DNA from: Bacilli bacterium
GTDB lineage: Bacteria > Bacillota_I > Bacilli_A > RFN20 > CAG-826
NCBI GenBank assembly: GCA_031556235.1
Contig: JAVBTH010000001.1
Coordinates: forward strand, 140,982 to 204,981
Direction of reading: 5' to 3'
DNA: 64,000 nucleotides
The notes below the pieces were generated by a model. It was not told the origin of the DNA, searched no databases, and worked only from the letters and a program-made list of their open reading frames with translations. This document shows, piece after piece, positions 40,097 through 50,381 of this stretch; the first letter of the stretch is position 1; every line of letters starts with the position of its first letter. Position numbers and translations under genes: made by a program.

Positions 40097-41789
40097 ACAT
40101 TTTTGTATCGTCAAAACTGTTAAGTATCTTTTTCAACGGACGAATAATTTTCTTCAAGCTTCCATCCACAAATGGATTACGTAATTTGGCTTTATCTAAT
40201 AAACTCAAAAATGGTAATGAACCTCCAAGTTTGCAAAGTTTAACGTATTTTTTCCACGCTTTATCATAGTCTGCTTGGGTTTCAACTAAGAATTGGAATG
40301 CGACAACTTGTGCGAGAGTGTAATCAATATAATAAAATGGAGTTTGGAAAATATGTGATTGTCCCATCCATCTATTACCACGTTCTAAGTAATCAAATCC
40401 CTTATAATTTTTATATGGCGTGTATTTCTTTTCTATTTCTCGCCATTTGGCACATCTTTGTTCATGGGTTGCGTTAACATTTTCATAAACATAATGCTGG
40501 AATTCATCTACACTTGCGCCGTATGGAATAAAATTAATCGCAGAAGCAAGGTGGACAAATCTATATTTCTCCGCATCTTTACCAAAGAAACCTTCTGCGT
40601 ATGGCCACGCAAAGAATTCCATGCTCATCGAATGTATTTCACATGCTTCAAGCGTTGGGCTACGATATTCTGGCACTTCAATATCTCTTGAACAATATCC
40701 TTGGAAAGCGTGCCCCACTTCATGAGTTAAAACATCGACATCGTCGGATGTACCATTAAAGTTTGCAAAAATAAATGGTGCCTTGTAATCTGGGAAATAT
40801 GTCATAAATCCACCGCCAGATTTACCTGGTTTCGCCTCTAATTCAAGCAAATGATTATCAATCATAAAATTAAAGAATATGCCTGTTTCATTTGACATCG
40901 TGTCGTACATTTTTTTAGCTTCATTTACTAAGTATTGTGAATCACCAGCTGGTGTAGGATTACCACTTAAGAATTCTAAGGACATGTCATAAAATCTTGG
41001 CGAGCGAATTTGAATGCGCTTTGCTTGCTTTTTATAAAGTTTTTTCCAGATTGGCACAAAACATTCTTCAATTTGCTTACGATATGTTGCCACCATTTCA
41101 GCGTTATAGTCAGTTCTTCCTAGGCGATTATAGCCAAACTCAATATAGTTTTTATAACCTAGTTTTTTAGCCATCGTGTCGCGAACATGAACTAACTCAT
41201 CAAATATTTCTGAGATTTCTTTTTCATGTTTAAGATTGAATTTCTGTACAGCTTTAGCAGCACTTTTACGTACATTACGATCAAGGTTAATCATGAATTT
41301 TCCCATTTGTGAGAGATTATAAACTCCACCTTGGAATTTAATTTTGGCGCTAGCGTAAATCTTAGTGTATTTGCTAGTTAATCGGTTTTCAGTTTGCAAG
41401 TCTTCAACGATTTTTTCGTCAAAGCATTTTAAACTTTGTTCCGCCATTTTAAATAATAGACTGCCAAATGTTTTTTCTAAGTCCGCTCTAAAAGGTGAAT
41501 TGACTAGTAACCGACTGTATTTATCTTGATAAACGGCAATTTGTGGTCCCATTTCATCACATGCATCTTGAGCTTCAACATACTTTTCATTCGTTGTATC
41601 AACGCTATAACAAACTGAGATATTTGTCATAACTGTATTGATATTATCTTCAAGTTTCATAATCTTTTTAATTACTTTAACTTGTGCTTTAGCAGTACTT
41701 GCCGCCTCAAATTCAGTTAATAAGGCTGTATATTTAGTTTCAATTTCCTTTAAATCAGGAATAATAAATGGATATTCTTCAAATTTCAT
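40095..41789 (-). CDS. pepF: Oligoendopeptidase F (M3B family)
   Basis: HEVGHAFQ zinc-binding motif in an M3-family context; 564 aa. Confidence 0.85.
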   Translation of the reverse strand: MKFEEYPFIIPDLKEIETKYTALLTEFEAASTAKAQVKVIKKIMKLEDNINTVMTNISVCYSVDTTNEKYVEAQDACDEMGPQIAVYQDKYSRLLVNSPFRADLEKTFGSLLFKMAEQSLKCFDEKIVEDLQTENRLTSKYTKIYASAKIKFQGGVYNLSQMGKFMINLDRNVRKSAAKAVQKFNLKHEKEISEIFDELVHVRDTMAKKLGYKNYIEFGYNRLGRTDYNAEMVATYRKQIEECFVPIWKKLYKKQAKRIQIRSPRFYDMSLEFLSGNPTPAGDSQYLVNEAKKMYDTMSNETGIFFNFMIDNHLLELEAKPGKSGGGFMTYFPDYKAPFIFANFNGTSDDVDVLTHEVGHAFQGYCSRDIEVPEYRSPTLEACEIHSMSMEFFAWPYAEGFFGKDAEKYRFVHLASAINFIPYGASVDEFQHYVYENVNATHEQRCAKWREIEKKYTPYKNYKGFDYLERGNRWMGQSHIFQTPFYYIDYTLAQVVAFQFLVETQADYDKAWKKYVKLCKLGGSLPFLSLLDKAKLRNPFVDGSLKKIIRPLKKILNSFDDTKM

Positions 41790-41866
41790 ATCAAAATCCT
41801 TCTTTCTAGGAGTTATTATAGTGGAATTATTAAAAATCTACAAGCAAAGTACTTACCAAATAAACA

Positions 41867-43147
41867 CTATTTTTTCACTAGATAATCGCGAATATAATTA
41901 CCAGCAAACTCCGCGCCGACGCCTAATTCTTTTTCAATTTCTAGTAATCGATTATATTTACATGTTCTTTCACTTCTCGCTGGGGCACCCGTCTTAATAA
42001 AAAGAGAATTTACCGCGACTGACAGATCAGCGATGAAACTGTCTTCTGAGTCACCTGATCTATGTGAAATAATCGTAAATATGTGCGATTTTTGCGCTAA
42101 TTCGATTGTTTCTAGAGTTTCAGTCAATGTCCCAATTTGATTTGGTTTAATGATAAGTGCATTAGCTAATTTATTCTTAATTCCCTTTTTAAGTAATTCT
42201 TTGTTTGTGACGAAAAGGTCATCTCCTACTAAAATGGTTTTATGCATGAGACGCTCACTTAATTCCTTCCAATAAGGATCATCTTCCATTAATCCATCTT
42301 CAATTGATAAAACTGGGAATTTGTTTGTTAAATATTCATAAAAATCAATCATCCCTGTCGCGGTCTTTTCTTTTCCTTCAAATAAATAAATTTTTCGTTT
42401 TTCATCATAGAACGAACTTGCTGCGACGTCAAAACTAATCATAAAGTCTTTTCCAAGTTTAAATGGCGTAGTTTTGATTGTTTCTTGTAGGAACATGAGT
42501 GCTTCTTCTGTCGTATCAAAAGGAAGAACAAATCCTCCTTCATCACCTAGAGAAGTCGAATATCCTTGTTTTGTGATATTTGCTTTTAAGGCTTTATATA
42601 TCACGACTCCCATTTCGATGGCTTTAGAAAAGCTTTTAGCTCCAACCGGAACAAGCATAATTTCTTGCACATCAATTTTATTGTTAGCGTGTTTCCCGCC
42701 ATTTAAGACATTAAACATTGGCATTGGTAGTGTGTGGGCATGTAATCCGCCTAAATGCCGATAAAGTGGAGCCTTGCAGACGTTTGCGCTAAGTCTTGCG
42801 ATAGCTAATGAACAACCAAGCATTGTGTTTCCACCTAAATTCTCTTTAGATTTAGTTCCATCAAGTTTGATTAAAGTATCATCGATTAGTCTTTGATCCA
42901 TAAAATCAAGATCCTTAATCGCGGTGAATATTTTACCTTCCACCAGTTTGACAGCTTTCATCATGCCTTTGCCATTAACACGTTTTTCATCGTTATCGGT
43001 TAGTTCGACAGCTTCATAGATTCCTGTTGAGGCCCCTTTTGGCACAATCGCAGTGCCACATGTTTCTTCATAGATTGCCTCGACCTTAATTGTATAGTCA
43101 CTTCTAGAATCAAGTACTTCTAAACCTTTTAATTTTGTTAATTTCAT
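41867..43147 (-). CDS. eno: Enolase
   Basis: LEVLDSRSD...TGIYEA and a canonical C-terminal enolase domain; start trimmed to MKLTKL behind GGTGGGTGAT. Confidence 0.9.
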   Translation of the reverse strand: MKLTKLKGLEVLDSRSDYTIKVEAIYEETCGTAIVPKGASTGIYEAVELTDNDEKRVNGKGMMKAVKLVEGKIFTAIKDLDFMDQRLIDDTLIKLDGTKSKENLGGNTMLGCSLAIARLSANVCKAPLYRHLGGLHAHTLPMPMFNVLNGGKHANNKIDVQEIMLVPVGAKSFSKAIEMGVVIYKALKANITKQGYSTSLGDEGGFVLPFDTTEEALMFLQETIKTTPFKLGKDFMISFDVAASSFYDEKRKIYLFEGKEKTATGMIDFYEYLTNKFPVLSIEDGLMEDDPYWKELSERLMHKTILVGDDLFVTNKELLKKGIKNKLANALIIKPNQIGTLTETLETIELAQKSHIFTIISHRSGDSEDSFIADLSVAVNSLFIKTGAPARSERTCKYNRLLEIEKELGVGAEFAGNYIRDYLVKK

Positions 43148-43228
43148 TTTATCACCCACCATATTATGGTCAGCAAACTTCAAAAATAGACTATAAAAAA
43201 ACTCATGTCGCTAAACATGAGTTAAAAA

Positions 43229-44827
43229 CTACTTAATAATTAAGCTAGGCTCATCCATTTCAGTGGGTGGCACATCTCCAAGTAACTCAATAATTGTCGG
43301 CGCAATATTGGCAAGTTTACCATCATCACGGAGTTTTACATTTGGAATATTGATGACGAACGGAACTTTACTTGTCGTATGGGCTGTAAATGGACGATTA
43401 TCTTCATCAAGAATAAATTCAGCATTACCGTGATCAGCAGTAATCATCAATGTTCCACCGTTTAAATCAATGTAATCGATAATTCTGCCAACGCAGGTAT
43501 CCACTGTTTCGACGGCTTTAACTACTGCTTCACGAACGGCAGTGTGACCAACCATGTCGCAATTAGCAAAATTTAATATCACGACATCTAAATCATTTTT
43601 AGCTAGTTCAATAAGCAATTTATCTGTTACTTCAATCGCGGACATCTCTGGCTTTAAATCATATGTTGCTACTTTTGGTGAATTTACTAAGGCGCGTCTA
43701 CAACCTTTAAGTTCTGGTTTTTCAACACCATCATAATTTATGGTGCCATCAAAAAAGAAAGTGACATGCGCATATTTTTCTGTCTCGGCAATCCGTAATT
43801 GTTTATAGTTGTGACTTGCTAAGAATTCACCAAGGGTATTATTTAAAGTTGGTAGTTTAAAAGCGATTTCGCCTTTAACAGAATCAGCATACTTCATCGT
43901 TGAAACAAAGAAAATATTTTTTAGAATATGTTTTGGGGTATAAGGCTTAAATGCCAAACTGCCATCAGCGTTCATTTTTGGATGCGCATAGAAGTCTGGA
44001 TTTGATAAGATTGTTGCAATTTGAATCGCACGATCTGGACGGAAATTCATAAAGATAATTGCGTCATTATCATTAATTCTTCCATCGACTGCTTGATTGA
44101 AATGCGGAATTAAGAATTCATCACTTGCATCTTTGCCCGTCGTTGGTAGGTATTTATATTGATCAATAAAGAATTGTTTATAATCGGTATAACTTGGGCC
44201 ATCTTGGTCAACCATGACGCGATACGCAATATCGTTACGATCAAGATTCTTATCGCGATCCATCGCGTAATATCTACCGCTTATCGTCGCAATATGTCCA
44301 AAGTTTTCTTTATCCATCACTTCTTGAATTTTGCTAATATACATCGCTCCAAGTTGAGGATCAACATCTCTTCCATCCATAAAAGCGTGGACAAAAACAT
44401 CCTTTAATCCTTCTTTTTTAGCCATGCGAATCATCGCAATAATGTGGTCAATGTGCGAGTGTACGCCACCGTCAGATACAAGACCTAAAATATGTAATTT
44501 AGAATCATGTTGCCTGGCGTAGTTAATCGCGTTTAAATAGTGTTCATTGCTGTTAAATGTTTGTTCACGAACAGCTTTATTAATTAAGGTTAGGGATTGA
44601 TAAACAATTCGTCCCGCACCTATATTAAGGTGACCAACTTCTGAGTTGCCCATTTGCCCCATCGGTAATCCGACTGCTTCTCCAGATGCTTCAATTAGCG
44701 TGCCTGGATATTTTTTCATAAACTTATCTAAGTTAGGTTTATGCGCCTCAACAATCGCGTTTCCATGCTCTTCTTTACGTATACCGTATCCATCAAGAAT
44801 ACAGAGAATAATTGGTTTTTTGTGCAT
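43229..44827 (-). CDS. gpmI: 2,3-bisphosphoglycerate-independent phosphoglycerate mutase
   Basis: N-terminal ILCILDGYGI and a metalloenzyme-superfamily C-terminal domain. Confidence 0.9.
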   Translation of the reverse strand: MHKKPIILCILDGYGIRKEEHGNAIVEAHKPNLDKFMKKYPGTLIEASGEAVGLPMGQMGNSEVGHLNIGAGRIVYQSLTLINKAVREQTFNSNEHYLNAINYARQHDSKLHILGLVSDGGVHSHIDHIIAMIRMAKKEGLKDVFVHAFMDGRDVDPQLGAMYISKIQEVMDKENFGHIATISGRYYAMDRDKNLDRNDIAYRVMVDQDGPSYTDYKQFFIDQYKYLPTTGKDASDEFLIPHFNQAVDGRINDNDAIIFMNFRPDRAIQIATILSNPDFYAHPKMNADGSLAFKPYTPKHILKNIFFVSTMKYADSVKGEIAFKLPTLNNTLGEFLASHNYKQLRIAETEKYAHVTFFFDGTINYDGVEKPELKGCRRALVNSPKVATYDLKPEMSAIEVTDKLLIELAKNDLDVVILNFANCDMVGHTAVREAVVKAVETVDTCVGRIIDYIDLNGGTLMITADHGNAEFILDEDNRPFTAHTTSKVPFVINIPNVKLRDDGKLANIAPTIIELLGDVPPTEMDEPSLIIK

Positions 44828-44923
44828 TTTTTTATCCTTCTTTCAACTTTATTATTATATTACAATCGCTAGTACAAGTAAAAGTAAAACGATAATAATA
44901 TGCTTAAGCAATCATCATAATAA

Positions 44924-45946
44924 TTAATCAAAAAAGCAATCATCTAATCCAAAAGGATCTTCAATATTTTTAATGTAACTATTAACCTCTTCAATAAAAT
45001 AATCATCATAATTCCAACTAGAGAACGTACTATCTTCATCAAATGCTAATCTAAACAGTTCTTTAAAGAAATCGCTTATGCCTTTAATCGTATTTTGGAT
45101 AAATCCCTTTTCCCAATTGCTCCAATTTATAAAATAAATAGCGAGTTGTCCGTTTTGATAAGGCTTTGAATTAGATACTATCATTTCAGGATAATCCTTC
45201 TTTAATTTATCATAAGTAGAAACTGTATTATGTTTTAAAAAGTTCCAAATTGCGTAAATCCTCCCATAAGATGGATAACTAGGAAGATCAGCAACTTTCT
45301 TTGACTCTTCTTTACTAATTAGCGCCTCAAAGAAAGAATAAAAGCGACTCCGATCAAATTCATCGTCATCATAACCCTTAATTTTCATGATTCTAATTGT
45401 TACCGCTTCAAGTCGAGAAACAAATTCATGCACAAACTGCGCATAATTTGTAACAATTAGTTTTGTTAATTTGGCTTCAAGTCTAGCGGTACGCATCATA
45501 TTTCTTATGTTCATAGTGTAACTTGCTTCTTCATGATCGCTAATTCCACTCATAAAGTTAAAGTCATCTGAAACATTTTCTTGTTTTTTATAAGCAGGGC
45601 GCTTTTTCTCTTCTTTGCACATAATAGTAATCATTTCTAATTGTTCTGACCAATCGCGTGATACTTCATCAAGGAAATCAGAGATTATATTATACATATA
45701 ATCATTCCTATGTTTTTTTGTTGGACTAAAGTAAACAGTCTTTCTTTGTTTCTTAATGCCTTCAGGCAAATCAAAATTGCGGCTATATCTTTTTACATCT
45801 ATACGAAGTTTCCCTTTTTTCATTAATAGTCCGTAAAACTCGAGAGTGTTGTATCCACCCTTTTCATATACTGCAGAGTAGTCTTTTCTTAAGACCTTCG
45901 AATTCCTCTTCACTATTTTCCCCTCCATCATATAAAAAGGATACAT
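44924..45946 (-). CDS. Hypothetical protein (340 aa)
   Basis: ORF trimmed to the Met behind GGAAGGA. Confidence 0.5.
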   Translation of the reverse strand: MYPFYMMEGKIVKRNSKVLRKDYSAVYEKGGYNTLEFYGLLMKKGKLRIDVKRYSRNFDLPEGIKKQRKTVYFSPTKKHRNDYMYNIISDFLDEVSRDWSEQLEMITIMCKEEKKRPAYKKQENVSDDFNFMSGISDHEEASYTMNIRNMMRTARLEAKLTKLIVTNYAQFVHEFVSRLEAVTIRIMKIKGYDDDEFDRSRFYSFFEALISKEESKKVADLPSYPSYGRIYAIWNFLKHNTVSTYDKLKKDYPEMIVSNSKPYQNGQLAIYFINWSNWEKGFIQNTIKGISDFFKELFRLAFDEDSTFSSWNYDDYFIEEVNSYIKNIEDPFGLDDCFFD

Positions 45947-46147
45947 TATAGTATCCTTCCAACACTTTAAATTCCGATTGTTAAAGTATTTGATAGATAC
46001 TCGCGATACCACTCATCGTTCTTATAGGTAAGGTTTTGAAATACTATCAAAACTTGCATTGAGTATCCATCAGAATAGTAACATTTAATGAATAAAATGT
46101 AAAATAATAAAAAAATCCCAAAGACATATGCTTTGAGATTTATCTAT

Positions 46148-46957
46148 TTAGTTTTCTACAAATTTAAATCTAGCATCTCCAGCGGAGATTTTACCGGTAA
46201 TACTTTTTAGACTACCTGTCGTGATGCGATCACTAATATTACAACTACCTGCACTTATTTTAACACTTACGTTATAATCATTTATATTTCCGATTAGTTC
46301 CATGTTTAGTGAGCCGGCGGAGATTTTGAAATCGACAATATCACAAGTTGAATGGTACGCTCTAAGTGCTCCGGCACTGATTGTTGCGTTTAATTTGCCC
46401 ATCGTGGATTCTTTTATCGTTAAATCACCTGCCGCAATTCTAGCATTAAGAGTGGAGACATTTATATTTGTTGCGTTTATTTCGCCAGCGCCTAAATATA
46501 TATTAATTGTATCCGCTGTCACATTTTTAACATCCATTTGACCCGCCGCAACATCTAAGCGATAATTGCCGACATAATTTTGTGGAACTAGTACTTCAAT
46601 TTCGCACGAACTGACAACATTCATTACATTCCACCAGACGAATTTATTGTGTGATGAGATAGTTAATTTACCTTCTTCATTCGTAATATCGAATTTAATA
46701 TTGTCATAATACTCATATTTCACCACTATTTCTGTAGTGGGTTCTGGATTTACTTCTACTTTGACTTCACATGCCGCAGCTATCAAAACGATTTCAGAAA
46801 TCTCACTGGATTCAATATTACTGCTGCCGACTACTTGCTCGCCATATACCGCAAGAGGTATGTTATGAACATTAAAATCAAGTTTATAAAATGAGTATGC
46901 TCCAAGTCCTAATCCAAGCGTAAAGAGTACGCCGTATACTGCAAATTTCTTACTCAT
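46148..46957 (-). CDS. DUF4097-like beta-repeat protein (putative adhesin-type repeats) with an N-terminal TM helix
   Basis: Repetitive pattern (ISAGS..., AAGD..., LGAGE...). Confidence 0.55.
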   Translation of the reverse strand: MSKKFAVYGVLFTLGLGLGAYSFYKLDFNVHNIPLAVYGEQVVGSSNIESSEISEIVLIAAACEVKVEVNPEPTTEIVVKYEYYDNIKFDITNEEGKLTISSHNKFVWWNVMNVVSSCEIEVLVPQNYVGNYRLDVAAGQMDVKNVTADTINIYLGAGEINATNINVSTLNARIAAGDLTIKESTMGKLNATISAGALRAYHSTCDIVDFKISAGSLNMELIGNINDYNVSVKISAGSCNISDRITTGSLKSITGKISAGDARFKFVEN

Positions 46958-47627
46958 AAATAATCTTACCTCCATCTTTAGCAAAGACATCTTTCATCCA
47001 CTTAAAGACACTCTTAAGTACCTTTTTAGTAAAGACACAAATGACTACTACTAACTTTTTAAAGACTGAGAATAATGATAATCCTAACGATAGTAACATT
47101 AACCCAAGGGCAAATTGCAATAGTCCGGTGTATAAACTAATCGTCATATGGTATAGGGAAGTAACCATGGCATAGATTCCAGCGATTGGTAAAGCTAGAA
47201 CACCAATACAAACTCCAATAAAACCTGTCGCGATTCCAACCACAGCGCCAATTAATCCGCACATTAATCCAAAGATAACTGGACATAGAAGGATGATAAT
47301 TAGTACTTTAACCCATGAAACTTTACGTGTCTCTTTTGATGCTACGCGGGTTGCTCTTGCTTCTTCTTTTTTATTGCTGGTTGATTCAGAATTAGCTGCT
47401 GCGGCAGTTTTTCCTTCTTCAGCTTCAGCGGATTTTAACACATCATTAATATTGAAGATAATGTAATCAACAGTGCCTAGACTATCAATTGCATCTTTTT
47501 CTGATGCGCCTGAGTCGATCTTATCCTCGATAAGTTCGTTGTAGTATTGCAAGACGCTCATTCTTTCATCTTGTTTTAAATGTTGGATTCTCTTAGACAG
47601 CTCTTTCATGAATGTTTCTTTATTCAT
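46950..47627 (-). CDS. DUF1700-like membrane protein (PadR-associated)
   Basis: MNKETFMKELSKRIQHL N-terminus typical of PadR-operon DUF1700 proteins; C-terminal TM helices; GGGAGGT SD. Confidence 0.55.
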   Translation of the reverse strand: MNKETFMKELSKRIQHLKQDERMSVLQYYNELIEDKIDSGASEKDAIDSLGTVDYIIFNINDVLKSAEAEEGKTAAAANSESTSNKKEEARATRVASKETRKVSWVKVLIIILLCPVIFGLMCGLIGAVVGIATGFIGVCIGVLALPIAGIYAMVTSLYHMTISLYTGLLQFALGLMLLSLGLSLFSVFKKLVVVICVFTKKVLKSVFKWMKDVFAKDGGKIIYE

Positions 47628-47943
47628 AACTATGTACCTCCCGTTTAGCGATGAAGCGATATACGCTTTCCATCTCGTGCCACTCATCTTTAAAATCTCG
47701 TAGTCTTAATCGACCTTCGCCTGTAATTTGATAATACTTTCGCAATCGTCCATTGTAATCCCTAGAAAATGTCGTTAGTAATTTCGAAGTTTCAAGTCTT
47801 CGCAATATCGGATATAAGGTAGATTCTGACAAGGACATAATCTCCTCCATATCCGCGATAATCCTATATCCGTACGACGGTTCTTTATTAAGGATGGACA
47901 ATACACACATTTCAACAAGTCCTTTTTTAAGTTGAATATTCAT
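47620..47943 (-). CDS. PadR-family transcriptional regulator
   Basis: LKKGLVEMCVLSILNKEPSYGYRI...LYPILRRLE. Confidence 0.8.
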   Translation of the reverse strand: MNIQLKKGLVEMCVLSILNKEPSYGYRIIADMEEIMSLSESTLYPILRRLETSKLLTTFSRDYNGRLRKYYQITGEGRLRLRDFKDEWHEMESVYRFIAKREVHSYE

Positions 47944-48021
47944 GCTATTACCTCCCAACACACAATATTATACATTGCATAGTATGGCTGTGCAATATAT
48001 TTTATGAATTTTTTTACAAAA

Positions 48022-48043
48022 TAAAAAAGACACTATAGTGTCT
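48022..48043. terminator. Terminator: 16-nt perfect palindrome AGACACTATAGTGTCT with an A-run (a U-run on the minus strand)
   Basis: Downstream of the 48096..48623 gene on the minus strand. Confidence 0.6.
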
Positions 48044-48095
48044 AATTTGCAATATTTTTTATTTACCACGCAATCTTTACAATTAATCGTTATTT

Positions 48096-48623
48096 TTAGG
48101 ACAATAATTCCTTTTCTTTAAACTTCATCAATCTACAAACAGGTCTTAAATACCAGACTTTAATCCAATAATTAAACCCTAGCACGTCAGCGTTATATAT
48201 CGCTGATAAACGGCGGTGGTTATCATCAAGCTCAACAAGCGCGCGTTTTAATACTTGATATTCATGATCTTCACGAATTGATTGGCTTTGTTCAGCATAG
48301 TAGATAATACTTTGACTTGTCTTCATTAAATACGTTTTAATTGTTAATCTTTCGGTGAATGTTAAACTCTTTAAATTTTCATCTAGAACTGGCGTTAAAT
48401 CATCGACAAACTCTTTTGGTAATAAGACATGATACTTCTTAAATAACTTGGCCATGATGACAAGTAGATCTTGTTTCTGCGCCATTAAGACATTAATCGC
48501 GTGCATCTTCTTGCTCATTTGCCGTTCAAACTTAGTAAGTGAGCGTGAGGCAAAAAAGCCAATAAGAATTAATAGTACAACTAAAATTGTTAAAATCAAT
48601 AAAGTAATTTGTACCCAATCCAT
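48096..48623 (-). CDS. Membrane-anchored hypothetical protein (LemA-like?)
   Basis: Single N-terminal TM helix and a soluble helical domain; size and architecture only. Confidence 0.4.
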   Translation of the reverse strand: MDWVQITLLILTILVVLLILIGFFASRSLTKFERQMSKKMHAINVLMAQKQDLLVIMAKLFKKYHVLLPKEFVDDLTPVLDENLKSLTFTERLTIKTYLMKTSQSIIYYAEQSQSIREDHEYQVLKRALVELDDNHRRLSAIYNADVLGFNYWIKVWYLRPVCRLMKFKEKELLS

Positions 48624-48787
48624 ATCATCACCTACTTATTAATTAAGTCTATCATATTTTGCTAAGAACCGTAAGGAATAAAAAGAAAATGTAATTTAAG
48701 ACAAAGACACAAAAAGAGTGCCAAAACCGCATATTTATTGACTATTTTTCATTTTAGTTGCTATAATGTCTTTAATGGGGTGATTTT

Positions 48788-49621
48788 ATGGAAAAACGAC
48801 CAATCGTAGCGATTATGTATGACTTTGATAAGACACTGTGCAGTGAAGATATGCAAAACTACAGTTTTATTCCTGCTTTAGGTATGACACCAGCCGAGTT
48901 CTGGCGGGAGACTTCCATATTTTCAGAAAAAACAAATGTCGAAAAGATTCTATGCTATATGTATGTAATGGTGGATATGGCTAAGAAAAAAGGCATTAAA
49001 TTAACTAAAGAATATTTAAAATCGCTTGGTAAGGATATTAAGTTTTTTAGTGGTGTGAGCACTTGGTTTAAACGTATTAATGCATATGGTGATACGCAAG
49101 GTATCAAAATTGAGCATTATCTTGTATCATCAGGCACTAAAGAGATCATTGATGGTTGCAGCATCGCCAATGAGTTCACTGCGATTTATGGCTGTGAGTT
49201 CTTATTTGATGAGACTGGCGTGCCAGTCTGGCCAAAGATTGCGATTAACTACACCGCGAAGACACAGTTCTTCTTCCGTATCTCGAAAGGTGCGATGGAT
49301 TTAAATGATGACATCAAGTTAAATCAACGCACAAAAGAAAGAAGAATACCTTATAGAAATATTATTTATTTAGGAGATGGTATGACTGATGTACCTGTCA
49401 TGAGCCTAGTTAAAGAAAATGGTGGTAAATCAATCGCTGTCTATCCAAAAGGATTCCGCGAAAAGGTAATGAACCTTTATGAAGAAAACCGCGTTAACTT
49501 TGTCTGTCGAGCGGATTATAGCACGAACAGCGAATTAGAAAAGGTTATTAAATTAGTCATTAACCAAGTGCATATTACTGAAGAACTACTAAAAGTCGAA
49601 AACAAATTGACTGAAAAATAA
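48788..49621 (+). CDS. HAD-superfamily hydrolase-like protein
   Basis: N-terminal IMYDFDKT (DxD) motif and GDGMTD. Confidence 0.6.
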   Translation: MEKRPIVAIMYDFDKTLCSEDMQNYSFIPALGMTPAEFWRETSIFSEKTNVEKILCYMYVMVDMAKKKGIKLTKEYLKSLGKDIKFFSGVSTWFKRINAYGDTQGIKIEHYLVSSGTKEIIDGCSIANEFTAIYGCEFLFDETGVPVWPKIAINYTAKTQFFFRISKGAMDLNDDIKLNQRTKERRIPYRNIIYLGDGMTDVPVMSLVKENGGKSIAVYPKGFREKVMNLYEENRVNFVCRADYSTNSELEKVIKLVINQVHITEELLKVENKLTEK

Positions 49622-49623
49622 CA

Positions 49624-49659
49624 GAAAAGAGAACTGTGATATCATGCAGTTCTCTTTTT
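49624..49659. terminator. Bidirectional terminator (agagaactg/cagttctct)
   Basis: Perfect 9-bp stem with T-runs on both strands, between convergent genes. Confidence 0.7.
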
Positions 49660-49667
49660 ATATCATG

Positions 49668-50366
49668 TCATATATCGTAGTTCAATACATCCCATAAAGT
49701 TATAATACCGATAAGTTTTTCTTTTGCTAATCCGTTTTCAGTGACAAACAACATGCCCAGTCTTTTTCCGTCTTTGAATCCGGTTAAATACTTCTTCTTG
49801 ATGTTATGATATGATTCGCTTCTTTTGACAAACTCAAATCTTTCAGAATGAGATTTTATACCGACATAATCGAGTAAGTTATTAAATAGATTAGACTTTT
49901 CAAGTGCGATGCCACCATTTTTACTAATATAATTAAAAATTGTTGATTCTCCGAACACACCAATAACTACGTCGTTTTCTAAGATAGGTATGTGCGTGAA
50001 GTTCTTAATTACCATCTCTTCCATTACCTCTATAACGTTATCTTGCCTCGACGCAAATAATATATCACTTCTCTTAGTTGATAAAGAAAACGCTGTCGGT
50101 GGATTTTCAATTTTCCTAATTAGTTTTTTTAAGAAATCAATTAGTTTTAAAGAAGGATCAACAAGATAATCCTCATTAAATTTGGGCTCATGACTAAATA
50201 AATTCCTAACTTTTTGGCATATTCCAATTTCGTATTTATCTTGAGCAAACTCATTTTTCTTTTTAACATGTTCTATTGGACTATCCCATTCATTTAAATT
50301 ATATTTTTCACGGATAGTTTTTTCTAATAATTTGTATAATTCAATAAATTCCTCTGCATTTTCCAT
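49668..50366 (-). CDS. CBS-domain pair protein
   Basis: Two CBS-like segments (HIPILENDVVIGVF; LIGIITLWDVLNYDI). Confidence 0.65.
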   Translation of the reverse strand: MENAEEFIELYKLLEKTIREKYNLNEWDSPIEHVKKKNEFAQDKYEIGICQKVRNLFSHEPKFNEDYLVDPSLKLIDFLKKLIRKIENPPTAFSLSTKRSDILFASRQDNVIEVMEEMVIKNFTHIPILENDVVIGVFGESTIFNYISKNGGIALEKSNLFNNLLDYVGIKSHSERFEFVKRSESYHNIKKKYLTGFKDGKRLGMLFVTENGLAKEKLIGIITLWDVLNYDI

Positions 50367-50381
50367 TGTTTCCCCTCCATA

